Shown here: positions 10,196 through 16,720 of the stretch, piece by piece
How positions within the stretch are numbered: position 1 is the stretch's first letter
Layout of the letters: every line of letters begins with the position of its first letter
Virus record (IMG/VR): IMGVR_UViG_2938709436_000001
Location: 27,717 to 91,716 of that record
DNA: 64,000 nt
Reading direction: 5' to 3' (one strand)
Source of the DNA: a virus
Lineage: Duplodnaviria > Heunggongvirae > Uroviricota > Caudoviricetes
The notes under the pieces: model-generated
What the model was told of the DNA's origin: nothing
The model's database searches: none
What the model saw: only the letters and a program-made list of their open reading frames with translations
Translations under genes and position numbers: made by a program

Positions 10196-10277
10196 TGGAT
10201 GCGTGGATGGGAGTCGAACCCACAATTTTCGGCTTATGAGGCCAACGTGATCTATATATCCGTTTCACTAACACGCA
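10196..10277 (-). tRNA. tRNA with anticodon CAT (Met/Ile2-like), with an enlarged D-loop
   Basis: Minus-strand fold: acceptor TGCGTGT/CCACGCA, anticodon stem TTGGC/GCCGA, loop CTCATAA, T-arm GTGGG-TTCGACT-CCCAT, encoded CCA. Confidence 0.5.
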
Positions 10278-10283
10278 ATTATT

Positions 10284-10359
10284 TGGTGGGGCCGGGTGGA
10301 CTCGAACCACCGACCATCTGCTCTTCAGGCAGGCACTCTACCAACTGAGTTACAACCCC
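10284..10359 (-). tRNA. tRNA-Phe (GAA)
   Basis: Acceptor GGGGTTG/CGGCCCC, D-arm TAACTCAGTTGGTAGAGT, anticodon loop CTGAAGA, T-arm GGTGG-TTCGAGT-CCACC, CCA encoded. Confidence 0.8.
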
Positions 10360-10366
10360 ATAAGAT

Positions 10367-10440
10367 TGGTACTTCCTGGTAGAATCGAACTACCGCAACT
10401 GCCGTGTAAAGACAGGGTTCTACCATTAAACTAAGGAAGC
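10367..10440 (-). tRNA. tRNA-Val (TAC)
   Basis: Acceptor GCTTCCT/AGGAAGT, anticodon stem CTGTC/GGCAG, loop TTTACAC, T-arm GTAGTTCGATTCTAC. Confidence 0.7.
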
Positions 10441-10448
10441 ATTAGAAG

Positions 10449-10525
10449 TGGTGGGCGACAGGGGACTCGAACCCCCAAAATTCGGAATCTAAATCCGACA
10501 CGTATACCAATTCCATCAATCGCCC
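10449..10525 (-). tRNA. tRNA with anticodon TAG (Leu-type anticodon on a short-variable-arm body)
   Basis: Acceptor GGGCGAT/GTCGCCC, perfect anticodon stem TCGGA/TCCGA, loop TTTAGAT, T-arm GGGGG-TTCGAGT-CCCCT. Confidence 0.5.
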
Positions 10526-10560
10526 GTACGCTTGGGTCCGAAGAAATCCAAGCCTTAATT

Positions 10561-10639
10561 TGGTGGAGAATAAGAGATTCGAACTCTTCTGGTATCCTCG
10601 GTGCAAGCGAGGTGTCCACTCCAAGCAGACCCATTCCCC
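10561..10639 (-). tRNA. tRNA-Ala (TGC)
   Basis: Acceptor GGGGAAT/ATTCTCC, D-stem GTCT/GGAC, anticodon stem CCTCG/CGAGG, loop CTTGCAC, T-arm AAGAG-TTCGAAT-CTCTT. Confidence 0.65.
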
Positions 10640-10645
10640 ATATTT

Positions 10646-10722
10646 TGGTGCAGATACAGGGATTCGAACCCCGACCTTTCGCCTTCGTATGACGAAGCTC
10701 TATTCCATTAAGCTATATCCGC
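10646..10722 (-). tRNA. tRNA-Arg (ACG)
   Basis: Acceptor GCGGATA/TATCTGC, D-arm TAGCTTAATGGAATAGAGC, anticodon loop ATACGAA, T-arm CGGGG-TTCGAAT-CCCTG. Confidence 0.7.
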
Positions 10723-11126
10723 AAAATTCCTGCATGTACTTTTCTATGGCAATTGGCACACAGAACCACACACTTACGTATCTCTGCCTTAAATCTCTCA
10801 GAATTGAAAGATACCATTTCAGCAGGAGACATATCTTTTTGCTCAGGGTCTAAATGATGCAGATCCAATGCAACTGGTTCTTTCTCATTACACAATAAGC
10901 AACCTTTCATTCTTTTATACCTTCTCATAAGAAGGCGGTGGAATGTCCTGATTCTTTCTGACCTTTCATTGATAGCCATTTTCCTTTTTGGATTATTGGC
11001 GTATTGGTCATTATCAATCTTCTTTTTACATTCCTTGCAAAAACCTTGATAGCCGTCTTTCTTAGATTTGTTCTTGTAGAACATTTCAAAAGGCTTATCT
11101 TGTTTGCATCGAGGGCAGTGCTTCAT
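10713..11126 (-). CDS. HNH homing endonuclease
   Basis: C-terminal HNH motif LDLHHLDP...VVLCANCHRKVH and N-terminal CPRC zinc-ribbon. Embedded in the tRNA array. Its 3' end overlaps the 5' end of tRNA-Arg by about 10 nt. Confidence 0.8.
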   Translation of the reverse strand: MKHCPRCKQDKPFEMFYKNKSKKDGYQGFCKECKKKIDNDQYANNPKRKMAINERSERIRTFHRLLMRRYKRMKGCLLCNEKEPVALDLHHLDPEQKDMSPAEMVSFNSERFKAEIRKCVVLCANCHRKVHAGILRI

Positions 11127-11145
11127 TAACTTACCTCTTTAAAAT

Positions 11146-11223
11146 TGGTCGGAGCGGCAGGATTCGAACCTGCGACCCAGTGCATCCAAGGCACCCACGC
11201 TGACCAGACTGCGCTACGCTCCG
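11146..11223 (-). tRNA. tRNA-Pro (TGG)
   Basis: Acceptor CGGAGCG/CGCTCCG, D-stem GCGC/GCGT, anticodon stem GGTGC/GCACT, loop CTTGGAT, T-arm GCAGG-TTCGAAT-CCTGC. Confidence 0.8.
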
Positions 11224-11346
11224 AAGGTGCAGAATTTTAATTGTCCCAGACACTGCAACTGGTATTGCTGGCTAGCTAATTAAATGCAGAACTAGAGGTA
11301 TCAACATCCCGAAGGACTTTCCAGTGCTAGTACGACTCTGCAAATT

Positions 11347-11422
11347 TGGCGGAGATACCGGGCATCGAACCCGGAACATACCCGTGACAGGGGTGTATTT
11401 TATCCGTTTAAACTATATCTCC
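11347..11422 (-). tRNA. tRNA-Asp (GTC)
   Basis: Perfect acceptor GGAGATA/TATCTCC, anticodon loop CTGTCAC, T-arm CCGGG-TTCGATG-CCCGG. Confidence 0.7.
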
Positions 11423-11427
11423 AAATT

Positions 11428-11516
11428 TGGCGGTTCCTGAAGGATTCGAACCTTCGTCGGGGATTGCTCCCGGCAGGTTAACAGCCTGCTACCATCGGCC
11501 TCTCGGTCAAAGAACC
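11428..11516 (-). tRNA. Type II (long variable arm) tRNA with a Tyr-like body but anticodon loop CTGTTAA (GTT)
   Basis: Acceptor GGTTCTT/AGGAACC, anticodon stem GCAGG/CCTGC, loop CTGTTAA, 17-nt variable arm, T-arm GAAGGTTCGAATCCTTC identical to E. coli tRNA-Tyr. Confidence 0.6.
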
Positions 11517-11577
11517 ATGTAATTACTTTATCAGTGAAAACAACCTTTTGCAAGAATTATTTTAACTTATTTCAATT

Positions 11578-11680
11578 TGGCGGGATCTGAGGGTTTGCAC
11601 CTCACCTACGGTCCTGGATGCCCGTCATTCTGCTCCGCTGGTTGCCGTCGCATTTCCAGCCTCATTAAACTATCGTCCCG
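11578..11680 (-). other. Degenerate tRNA-like element (acceptor pairing poor)
   Basis: Ends with GATCCCGCCA and contains a D-loop-like TAGTTTAATG and a T-arm-like TGAGG-TGCAAAC-CCTCA. About 103 nt and not foldable into a canonical cloverleaf. Confidence 0.25.
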
Positions 11681-11685
11681 TTGTA

Positions 11686-11772
11686 TGGTGGGTCGGGTGG
11701 GATTCGAACCCAACGATCCCTCGATTAAAAGTCGAGTGCCTTAGACATACGTCGCCGCTTGGCTACCAACCC
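11686..11772 (-). tRNA. tRNA, probably Lys (TTT), with an expanded D region
   Basis: Acceptor GGGTTGG/CCGACCC, perfect anticodon stem CTCGA/TCGAG with loop CTTTTAA, T-arm TTGGG-TTCGAAT-CCCAC. It carries about 10 extra nt between the acceptor and anticodon arms. Confidence 0.45.
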
Positions 11773-11777
11773 ATATT

Positions 11778-11866
11778 TGGAGGAGAGCAACAGAATCGAA
11801 CTGTCACCGTATCGCTACGATGGGACCGGGTTCAAACCGGAGTCTGCACCATGCAGCCTGCTCTCC
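11778..11866 (-). tRNA. tRNA-Ser (TGA), type II
   Basis: Perfect acceptor GGAGAGC/GCTCTCC, anticodon region CCGG-TTTGAAC-CCGG, long variable arm, T-arm GACAG-TTCGATT-CTGTT. Confidence 0.65.
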
Positions 11867-11868
11867 GG

Positions 11869-11959
11869 AGGAAGATGTCAGACTTGAACTGACACACCCC
11901 TTTTCAGGGGCTACTGTCTCTTTAGCAAAGAGATCCCTTACCGTTAGGGTTAATCTTCC
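11869..11959 (-). tRNA. tRNA-Ser (GCT), type II; 3' CCA not encoded
   Basis: Perfect acceptor GGAAGAT/ATCTTCC, anticodon stem TCTCT/AGAGA, loop TTGCTAA, long variable arm, T-arm GTCAG-TTCAAGT-CTGAC. It is followed by TCCG instead of CCA. Confidence 0.65.
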
Positions 11960-12105
11960 AATTGTTCTTTAATTTCTTTGCGAAGATCTGCTTTCTCTTT
12001 CGCACGAGTTATAGGGATTGATTGGATCTCGTCTGCAACACCACAGTTACTACCATGAATCTTGCAACGACCAAACACCTTCTTACAACGCAAAAGTTTT
12101 TGCAT
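11950..12105 (-). CDS. Small Cys-rich hypothetical protein (51 aa)
   Basis: MQKLLRCKKVFGRCKIHGSNCGV... with a strong RBS (GAGGAGATGAT then ATG). Its last ~10 nt overlap the 5' end of tRNA-Ser(GCT). Confidence 0.4.
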   Translation of the reverse strand: MQKLLRCKKVFGRCKIHGSNCGVADEIQSIPITRAKEKADLRKEIKEQLED

Positions 12106-12120
12106 ATCATCTCCTCAAAG

Positions 12121-12212
12121 TGGCGGTGGAAGTAGGATTCGAACCTACGGACCCCTGTGAAGGGGCCGACACCTTTCCAAGGTGCTGTCTTTAACCGCTC
12201 GACCATTCCACC
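12121..12212 (-). tRNA. tRNA-Ser (GGA), type II
   Basis: Perfect acceptor GGTGGAA/TTCCACC, anticodon stem GCACC/GGTGT, loop TTGGAAA, long variable arm, T-arm GTAGG-TTCGAAT-CCTAC. Confidence 0.7.
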
Positions 12213-12296
12213 AATTCGCGGCAGATACGTACAAAAGTTATCCTGGACTAGAACCCATGAAACATGGGGGAAGTTAGAGGTTAACTCGTATCTGCA
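12213..12296 (-). other. tRNA-like structured element (9-bp terminal inverted repeat, D-arm-like stem, no canonical T-arm)
   Basis: GCAGATACG...CGTATCTGC terminal pairing, a D-stem-like AGTT/AACT, and an internal hairpin CCCCCATG-TTTC-ATGGG. Confidence 0.2.
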
Positions 12297-12299
12297 AAT

Positions 12300-12376
12300 T
12301 GGGGTGGCTAGTCGGACTCGAACCGACATAGAACTGCCTCACATGCAGTGTCATTATCCAGTTATGATATAGCCAC
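12300..12376 (-). tRNA. tRNA-His (GTG)
   Basis: Perfect acceptor GTGGCTA/TAGCCAC, D-stem TCAT/ATGA, perfect anticodon stem ACTGC/GCAGT, loop ATGTGAG, T-arm GTCGG-TTCGAGT-CCGAC. Confidence 0.8.
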
Positions 12377-12447
12377 ACATGAGTGTTCTCCTGTTGAAGC
12401 CATCACAGCATAGCTGATCCATCATTCAACCCAAAAACACTCAAATT

Positions 12448-12523
12448 TGGCAGGAAGATAAGGACTCGAACCCTAACTCCGGAGATCAAAGCCCCGTGTG
12501 CTAACCAATTACACCATCCTCCT
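12448..12523 (-). tRNA. tRNA-Gln (TTG)
   Basis: Acceptor AGGAGGA/TCTTCCT, anticodon stem CGGGG/CTCCG, loop CTTTGAT, T-arm TAGGG-TTCGAGT-CCTTA. Confidence 0.65.
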
Positions 12524-12532
12524 AAAAATCAC

Positions 12533-12655
12533 TTAGCTCTGCAACAGAATGAAGCGCCACGAGTCGAACGTGGTAACCGCTCACTTCAAACCCCATTCGC
12601 GTTTGCAACCACTACTTAGAGGTATCAGGCCCGATTTACCTGCTACAGAGCTAAA
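12533..12655 (-). other. tRNA-like remnant: T-arm/acceptor minihelix nested in a 15-bp outer stem
   Basis: Outer inverted repeat TTAGCTCTG.AGCAG/CTG.TGCAGAGCTAA. Inside it, TGAAGTG-AGCGGTTA-CCACG-TTCGACT-CGTGG-CGCTTCA forms an acceptor plus T-arm hairpin. No D or anticodon arms. Confidence 0.25.
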
Positions 12656-12660
12656 TAATT

Positions 12661-12737
12661 TGGCAGGGACCCTGGGATTCGAACCCAGAACCTGCGGATT
12701 TGGAATCCGCTGCACTAGCCAATTGTGCTAAGTCCCT
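12661..12737 (-). tRNA. tRNA-Trp (CCA)
   Basis: Acceptor AGGGACT/GGTCCCT, D-stem GCAC/GTGC, perfect anticodon stem GCGGA/TCCGC, loop TTCCAAA, T-arm CTGGG-TTCGAAT-CCCAG. Confidence 0.8.
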
Positions 12738-12744
12738 ACAAATT

Positions 12745-12819
12745 TGGTACTCCTACCGAGAATCGAACTCGGATTTCCAGATTGAAAGTCTGGCGGCCTG
12801 ACCGTTAGCCGATAGGAGC
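12745..12819 (-). tRNA. tRNA-Glu (TTC)
   Basis: Acceptor GCTCCTA/TAGGAGT, perfect anticodon stem CCAGA/TCTGG, loop CTTTCAA, T-arm CCGAG-TTCGATT-CTCGG. Confidence 0.8.
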
Positions 12820-12825
12820 ATTAAT

Positions 12826-12901
12826 TGGAGCGTTATATCGGATTCGAACCGATGTCACCGACTTGGAAGGACGGGATGCTGGACCACTGCACTAATAACG
12901 C
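12826..12901 (-). tRNA. tRNA-Gly (TCC)
   Basis: Acceptor GCGTTAT/ATAACGC, D-stem GTGC/GCAT, anticodon loop CTTCCAA with one stem mismatch, T-arm ATCGG-TTCGAAT-CCGAT. Confidence 0.65.
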
Positions 12902-12907
12902 TTTGTT

Positions 12908-12982
12908 TGGTGGGAGTAGCTGGGCTTGAACCAGCGACCTAACGGTTATCGACCGTTTGCTCTACCACTGAGCTATACTCCC
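12908..12982 (-). tRNA. tRNA-Ile (GAT)
   Basis: Perfect acceptor GGGAGTA/TACTCCC, D-arm TAGCTCAGTGGTAGAGC, anticodon stem AACGG/CCGTT, loop TCGATAA, T-arm GCTGG-TTCAAGC-CCAGC. Confidence 0.7.
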
Positions 12983-12988
12983 GTTAAT

Positions 12989-13076
12989 TGGTGGGGCGAG
13001 TAGGACTCGAACCTACGAAGGACGCGATGCCAAGGGATTTACAATCCCGCCCGTTTGCCGCTCCGGGAACCGCCCC
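12989..13076 (-). tRNA. tRNA-Tyr (GTA), type II
   Basis: Acceptor GGGGCGG/TCGCCCC, anticodon GGGA-TTGTAAA-TCCC, long variable arm, T-arm GTAGG-TTCGAGT-CCTAC. Confidence 0.75.
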
Positions 13077-13078
13077 AA

Positions 13079-13444
13079 TTAACCTTGTTTGAACTGTACG
13101 ATGTCAGTTGAGAAAGGTTTTGCTACTGGTTTATCAGCGCCCTTTCCGGAACCATCATCGACGTTCTTTGTTTCTTCTTCATTTTCGTTCTCTTCATCGA
13201 AGTAATCAGAAAGCATTTGCTTACCTTCCTCAATAACGAAACGAGCAATATTCTCACGGATGTTGTCTTTAGTATCCTTGTTCATCATAAGATCACGAAG
13301 GACCATATGTGCATCAGGGATCATAGCAATCATCTTTGTTTTCAGATCAAGAATGTTCTTCTCAAGCTGAATTGCGTTAGACTCCTCTTTTAAAGGACGA
13401 CCCTTACCTCTACGACGCTTGGTAAGTGCTTGTTTTGTTGCCAT
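13079..13444 (-). CDS. Hypothetical protein with an N-terminal basic AT-hook-like segment (RRRGKGRP) and an acidic C-terminus
   Basis: Start chosen at the ATG (MATKQALTK...) rather than the upstream GTG of the track ORF (13079..13456). It sits between the tRNA sub-clusters. Confidence 0.5.
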   Translation of the reverse strand: MATKQALTKRRRGKGRPLKEESNAIQLEKNILDLKTKMIAMIPDAHMVLRDLMMNKDTKDNIRENIARFVIEEGKQMLSDYFDEENENEEETKNVDDGSGKGADKPVAKPFSTDIVQFKQG

Positions 13445-13530
13445 AATTAACCCCACTTATTAATGTTATCAGAGTTCAATATCTCTGTCAAGGGTTATTT
13501 TATCATTTATAGCAAAAAATATCAACAACT

Positions 13531-13604
13531 TGGAGCACGGTAGGTGAATCGAACACCTGACATTCGGTTTGCAGCCGAAGCTGTTGCCACTCCAGCAACC
13601 GCGC
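13531..13604 (-). tRNA. tRNA-Cys (GCA)
   Basis: Acceptor GCGCGGT/ACCGTGC, D-stem GCTG/CAGC, perfect anticodon stem TTCGG/CCGAA, loop CTGCAAA, T-arm AGGTG-TTCGATT-CACCT. Confidence 0.8.
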
Positions 13605-13609
13605 ATAAG

Positions 13610-13684
13610 TGGTCGAGGTAGTAGGATTCGAACCTACGTAAAGGAGTTTAGAAGACTCCTGCCTATCCTCTAGACTATACCCCG
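13610..13684 (-). tRNA. tRNA-Arg (TCT)
   Basis: Acceptor CGGGGTA/TACCTCG, perfect anticodon stem GGAGT/ACTCC, loop CTTCTAA, T-arm GTAGG-TTCGAAT-CCTAC. Confidence 0.8.
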
Positions 13685-13687
13685 TTC

Positions 13688-13765
13688 TGGTGCGCCCTCC
13701 CGGACTCGAACCGGGAACCCTGGGAGCTTAACACCCATGCCTCTACCAGATTGGACCAAGAGCGC
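13688..13765 (-). tRNA. tRNA of undetermined identity (atypical anticodon arm; loop region TGTTAAGCT)
   Basis: Acceptor GCGCTCT/AGGGCGC and T-arm CCCGG-TTCGAGT-CCGGG are canonical. The anticodon arm folds only as a 4-bp stem TGGG/CCCA with an apparently 9-nt loop. Confidence 0.5.
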
Positions 13766-13956
13766 AAACATATTTTAAGCTGCATGGTGACTCCACCGAC
13801 CTCTGTTCTCCGCGAACAGCGCTCTACGACCTTAGAACTTCTGTTACAACAACGTGGCCTTTGTCGTTGAAACTCCATTCAGTTAGGCTCATTCTCCTCA
13901 CAGATGATCAGTCCGTGAATCAAATAATCTGAGCTAATGCACTTTAAAATATGTTT

Positions 13957-14065
13957 TGGAGCAGGGTGGTGGAATCTAACCACCTATGTATTCACTCTCC
14001 ACTCCAAGCCGAGAGCTATTTTCAGGTCTGGATGGACCTCGCGGTTGACAAACCGCCTACCCTGC
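13957..14065 (-). other. Unusually long (about 109 nt) tRNA-like gene
   Basis: Perfect 7-bp acceptor GCAGGGT/ACCCTGC, D-stem GCGG/CCGC, T-arm GGTGG-TTAGATT-CCACC. It has a roughly 40-nt extra arm and an ambiguous anticodon loop. Confidence 0.3.
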
Positions 14066-14067
14066 AT

Positions 14068-14141
14068 TGGCTCGCTGAAGTGGATTCGAACCACTGAACC
14101 CCTTGCGCAGAGGGGGCCTTTACCGCTAAGGCTATCAACGA
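14068..14141 (-). tRNA. tRNA with anticodon loop CTGCGCA (GCG?, Arg-like), identity uncertain
   Basis: Acceptor TCGTTGA/TCAGCGA, D-stem GCC/GGC, perfect anticodon stem CCCCT/AGGGG, T-arm AGTGG-TTCGAAT-CCACT. Confidence 0.5.
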
Positions 14142-14147
14142 ATTGTT

Positions 14148-14222
14148 TGGTGCTCCCAGTAGGAATCGAACCCACTTCCTCGGCTTACAAGGCCGCTGCA
14201 TCGCCACTTATGCTTTAGGAGC
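14148..14222 (-). tRNA. tRNA-Thr (TGT)
   Basis: Acceptor GCTCCTA/TGGGAGC, D-stem GCAT/ATGC, anticodon CGGC-CTTGTAA-GCCG, T-arm GTGGG-TTCGATT-CCTAC. Confidence 0.7.
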
Positions 14223-14609
14223 AAGAATGCTGTTTCCGATTAACTGCCCGGAGGTGTGGTTAGCCATATCTTGTGAGCTAAGGACCTTTGACCCAGGATT
14301 TTAATAATCAACGAAATTTTAGCTTTGTGGTTTAGAAGTTTCAAGTTTAAACATTAAGCTTTGAACTTTAATCTTTGAATGTTGAACTTTGAAGTCTTTC
14401 GAATTCGCGATTCGATAATTTCGGCAGAGTTGTGGTCTGCGGAAACATACGTTAAGTATCATCCTATATGATTAAGTTCGAGGCAGTTTAACCTCCGGCC
14501 TCGGTAGAGGCAAGATGTTTCCAACTTCGCTAACCAAAAACAGCATTTTGAAACTTTATCAGTTAACGAGAGGAATTACAAGATGTTTTTCATAATTCAT
14601 CAAGTTATT
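14223..14609. repeat. AT-rich non-coding region with tandem CTTTGAA/GAACTTT-type short repeats (candidate ori or regulatory region)
   Basis: No ORF on either strand. Degenerate direct and inverted repeats: gaagtttcaagttt, aagctttgaacttt, aatctttgaatgtt, gaactttgaagtctttcgaattcgcgattcg. Confidence 0.5.
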
Positions 14610-15257
14610 TTAGATTGATCCCTCAATCTCTACTTCAGTCCGTGCGTTGGACTCGGACAACACAAAGTCAACGTTGGATTTGAAGTCTTCGATCTCTGTT
14701 TCCAGATTTCGGATTACGTCTGCCAGACCCAGTGGGTCAACGATAGACGGTGTGCTCATCAGACGGGTCGGACCTTCTACCGTCTTAATCTGCTCTGGAT
14801 CAGGCGCTTTGTCACGACTGATGTACGGAGCACGGGCCTGTTCCAGCTTGGTTTCGAAGTCAGCGACTTCTTTATCAAGGCGCTTCTGAGCGAAGTTGTA
14901 CTGCGCTTTCAGCTTGGACAGGAGCAGTTCTTTGTAAGCAACTGTGCGCTTGCCTTCAATTGCCTGAGCAACTGTCATCTCTTTACCACCAACGGTGACC
15001 AGAGTTACTGCGTTGGACTGAACAACTTTCGCCTTCAGTTCATCACGTACTGCCAGCAGGTCTTTCAGGCCTTGGAAGTCTGCCTTAGCAGAAGTCTCGA
15101 AGTCAGCAATGCTAACCAGAGAACCTGGGATCGAACGGTGATCTTCCGTCCCTTTTGCGATCTGAACAGTGTTCAACTGGTCGATACGCTTTTCGATCTT
15201 GCCCTCGATCTTGGTCAGAGTTGCCAGAGCGCGGGTTACAGAAATCTTAGTAGACAT
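14610..15257 (-). CDS. Hypothetical coiled-coil protein
   Basis: 215 aa, K/E-rich heptad-like sequence. RBS-like GAGGAGA precedes the ATG. Confidence 0.55.
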   Translation of the reverse strand: MSTKISVTRALATLTKIEGKIEKRIDQLNTVQIAKGTEDHRSIPGSLVSIADFETSAKADFQGLKDLLAVRDELKAKVVQSNAVTLVTVGGKEMTVAQAIEGKRTVAYKELLLSKLKAQYNFAQKRLDKEVADFETKLEQARAPYISRDKAPDPEQIKTVEGPTRLMSTPSIVDPLGLADVIRNLETEIEDFKSNVDFVLSESNARTEVEIEGSI

Positions 15258-15334
15258 ATAATTCTCCTCTCAATGAACTTTAAATTTTAAATGTACTTCA
15301 AATGTTTGCCGACATCCGTGTCGGCACGGCGGTA

Positions 15335-15946
15335 TTAGTTTTTACCAGTGTTAACTACAACACCTTGGCGGTTCGCATCAGCTTTAGCGATTTCCAGACG
15401 GGTTTCGCGTTCTGCTTTCAGGTCTGCACGGGCAGCTTCAAGCTGTTCGGTCAGCATTGCGATACGATCTTTATCTGCCTTGGTATTGGCGTTCAGTTCG
15501 GCAATCGCAACTTTGTGGGCTGATTCCAGATTGGATTTAACAGCGTTCAGTTCGATAGCGGCAGAACGTTTTGCAGCATCGACGGCAGCGGTGATCGCAT
15601 CTTCGTTACTATCCATCGCGACAGACAATTCGTGACGCAGACCATCAACAACACCCGGTTCGATAGCTACAAGACCACGAGCCTTCAGCAGGGCGTTCAG
15701 TACGCCGTCTTCGTTTTCAAGAACCTTGATCTTCAGCTTAGATTTTTCTTCAGCCAGCTTTTCGTTGAACTGGGCTTCGATATTGCCAAGCTCCTGCTGT
15801 TTGAACTGAATTTCCTGACTGATGCGCTCAGAACCTTCAGCCAGAGATTGCAGGTCAGCAACGACCTTACTCAGGCCAGTAGCAGCAGTTGCAACAGCTT
15901 TGGTAGCGCGTTCAGTTACAGAAATTACAGTTTTAGAATCAGACAT
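15335..15946 (-). CDS. Hypothetical coiled-coil protein
   Basis: Start at MSDSKTVISV... preceded by AAGGAG. Ala/Glu/Lys-rich. Confidence 0.55.
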   Translation of the reverse strand: MSDSKTVISVTERATKAVATAATGLSKVVADLQSLAEGSERISQEIQFKQQELGNIEAQFNEKLAEEKSKLKIKVLENEDGVLNALLKARGLVAIEPGVVDGLRHELSVAMDSNEDAITAAVDAAKRSAAIELNAVKSNLESAHKVAIAELNANTKADKDRIAMLTEQLEAARADLKAERETRLEIAKADANRQGVVVNTGKN

Positions 15947-15974
15947 TAAGTTCTCCTTTGCGTAAAATTGAGTT

Positions 15975-16005
15975 GTGATACTACACTTTAAAAATTTCAT
16001 TGTCA
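15975..16005 (-). promoter_or_regulatory. Sigma70-like promoter (minus strand) upstream of the 15335..15946 gene
   Basis: Reverse strand reads TTGACA-atgaaatttttaaagtg-TAGTAT. Confidence 0.45.
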
Positions 16006-16159
16006 AGAAGTTTTTTTGAAACAAGAGCACTTTCGTCCATTTAAGCTATCGCCCTGTGCCATTACGCGAGCCGGGCCAGCAAGAACGGGAGTCGAACCCG
16101 TATCTCTCTCATTCCAAAAAATGGTGGGGCATGAAGGATTCGAACCTTCGACCTTCGGC

Positions 16160-16504
16160 TTAATCGTAATGAACTTCCCTGTGGCAGTTTGCACAAAGTA
16201 GTACACACTTGTCAAGCTCTTTCCTAATTTTATCCCAAGATGCAGTTTGGTACTTACCACCCAAGTGGAAATCTTTTTGCGTAGGATCTAAGTGATGGAA
16301 CTCAAGAGCACCTATGCACTTATCATAACCACAAGAAGAACACTTACCACCCTTATAGTCAACAGCCATTTTCTTAAGGGCCTTTCTCCGTGATGTTACA
16401 GAATCAACAGAGCAAGCTCTGCAACGATAACGACCATCAGCCCTTAATACATAAACCGTATCTCCGTGATACTTACAATTAGAAATTTTCGTTGTTGCCA
16501 TCAT
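16160..16504 (-). CDS. HNH homing endonuclease (paralogue of 10713..11126)
   Basis: LEFHHLDPTQKD...CVLLCANCHREVH plus a Cys-rich N-terminus. Adjacent to orphan tRNA 3' fragments. Confidence 0.8.
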   Translation of the reverse strand: MMATTKISNCKYHGDTVYVLRADGRYRCRACSVDSVTSRRKALKKMAVDYKGGKCSSCGYDKCIGALEFHHLDPTQKDFHLGGKYQTASWDKIRKELDKCVLLCANCHREVHYD

Positions 16505-16720
16505 ACCCTCAGTAAATTCGGTCCGTGTTTTTCAAGACGTTGCACGGAATCGTCACGGTTGCCGCAGCCCTTTATTTTAAGACGCATCGCCGCAGCCAGC
16601 TTCGTCTATCCCCATGCCGGAGGAATTAATTACCGAACTGGGGCGACTGTTTACTACGACCCTGCCGACAATTTTCGACAGCGCCATTTCAACACAAACC
16701 ATCAGTTCAGTAAAGCTTTA

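Noticed and set aside
12009-12731. ORFs 12009..12329 (-), 12157..12372 (+) and 12549..12731 (+) within the tRNA array
   Set aside because: They run through several confidently folded tRNA genes. Their translations mirror tRNA sequence motifs (GFEPRT, GIRTPT), which is typical of spurious ORFs over tRNA clusters.
15309-15328. Hairpin gccgaca-tccg-tgtcggc between the two coiled-coil genes as a terminator
   Set aside because: It is a stable stem but lacks a U-run on the transcribed (minus) strand. It may be an RNase processing site instead, so it was not called a terminator.
16003-16260. ORF 16003..16260 (-) and 16016..16201 (+)
   Set aside because: They overlap the tRNA 3' fragments and the 3' end of the HNH gene. 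No RBS, and not protein-like.
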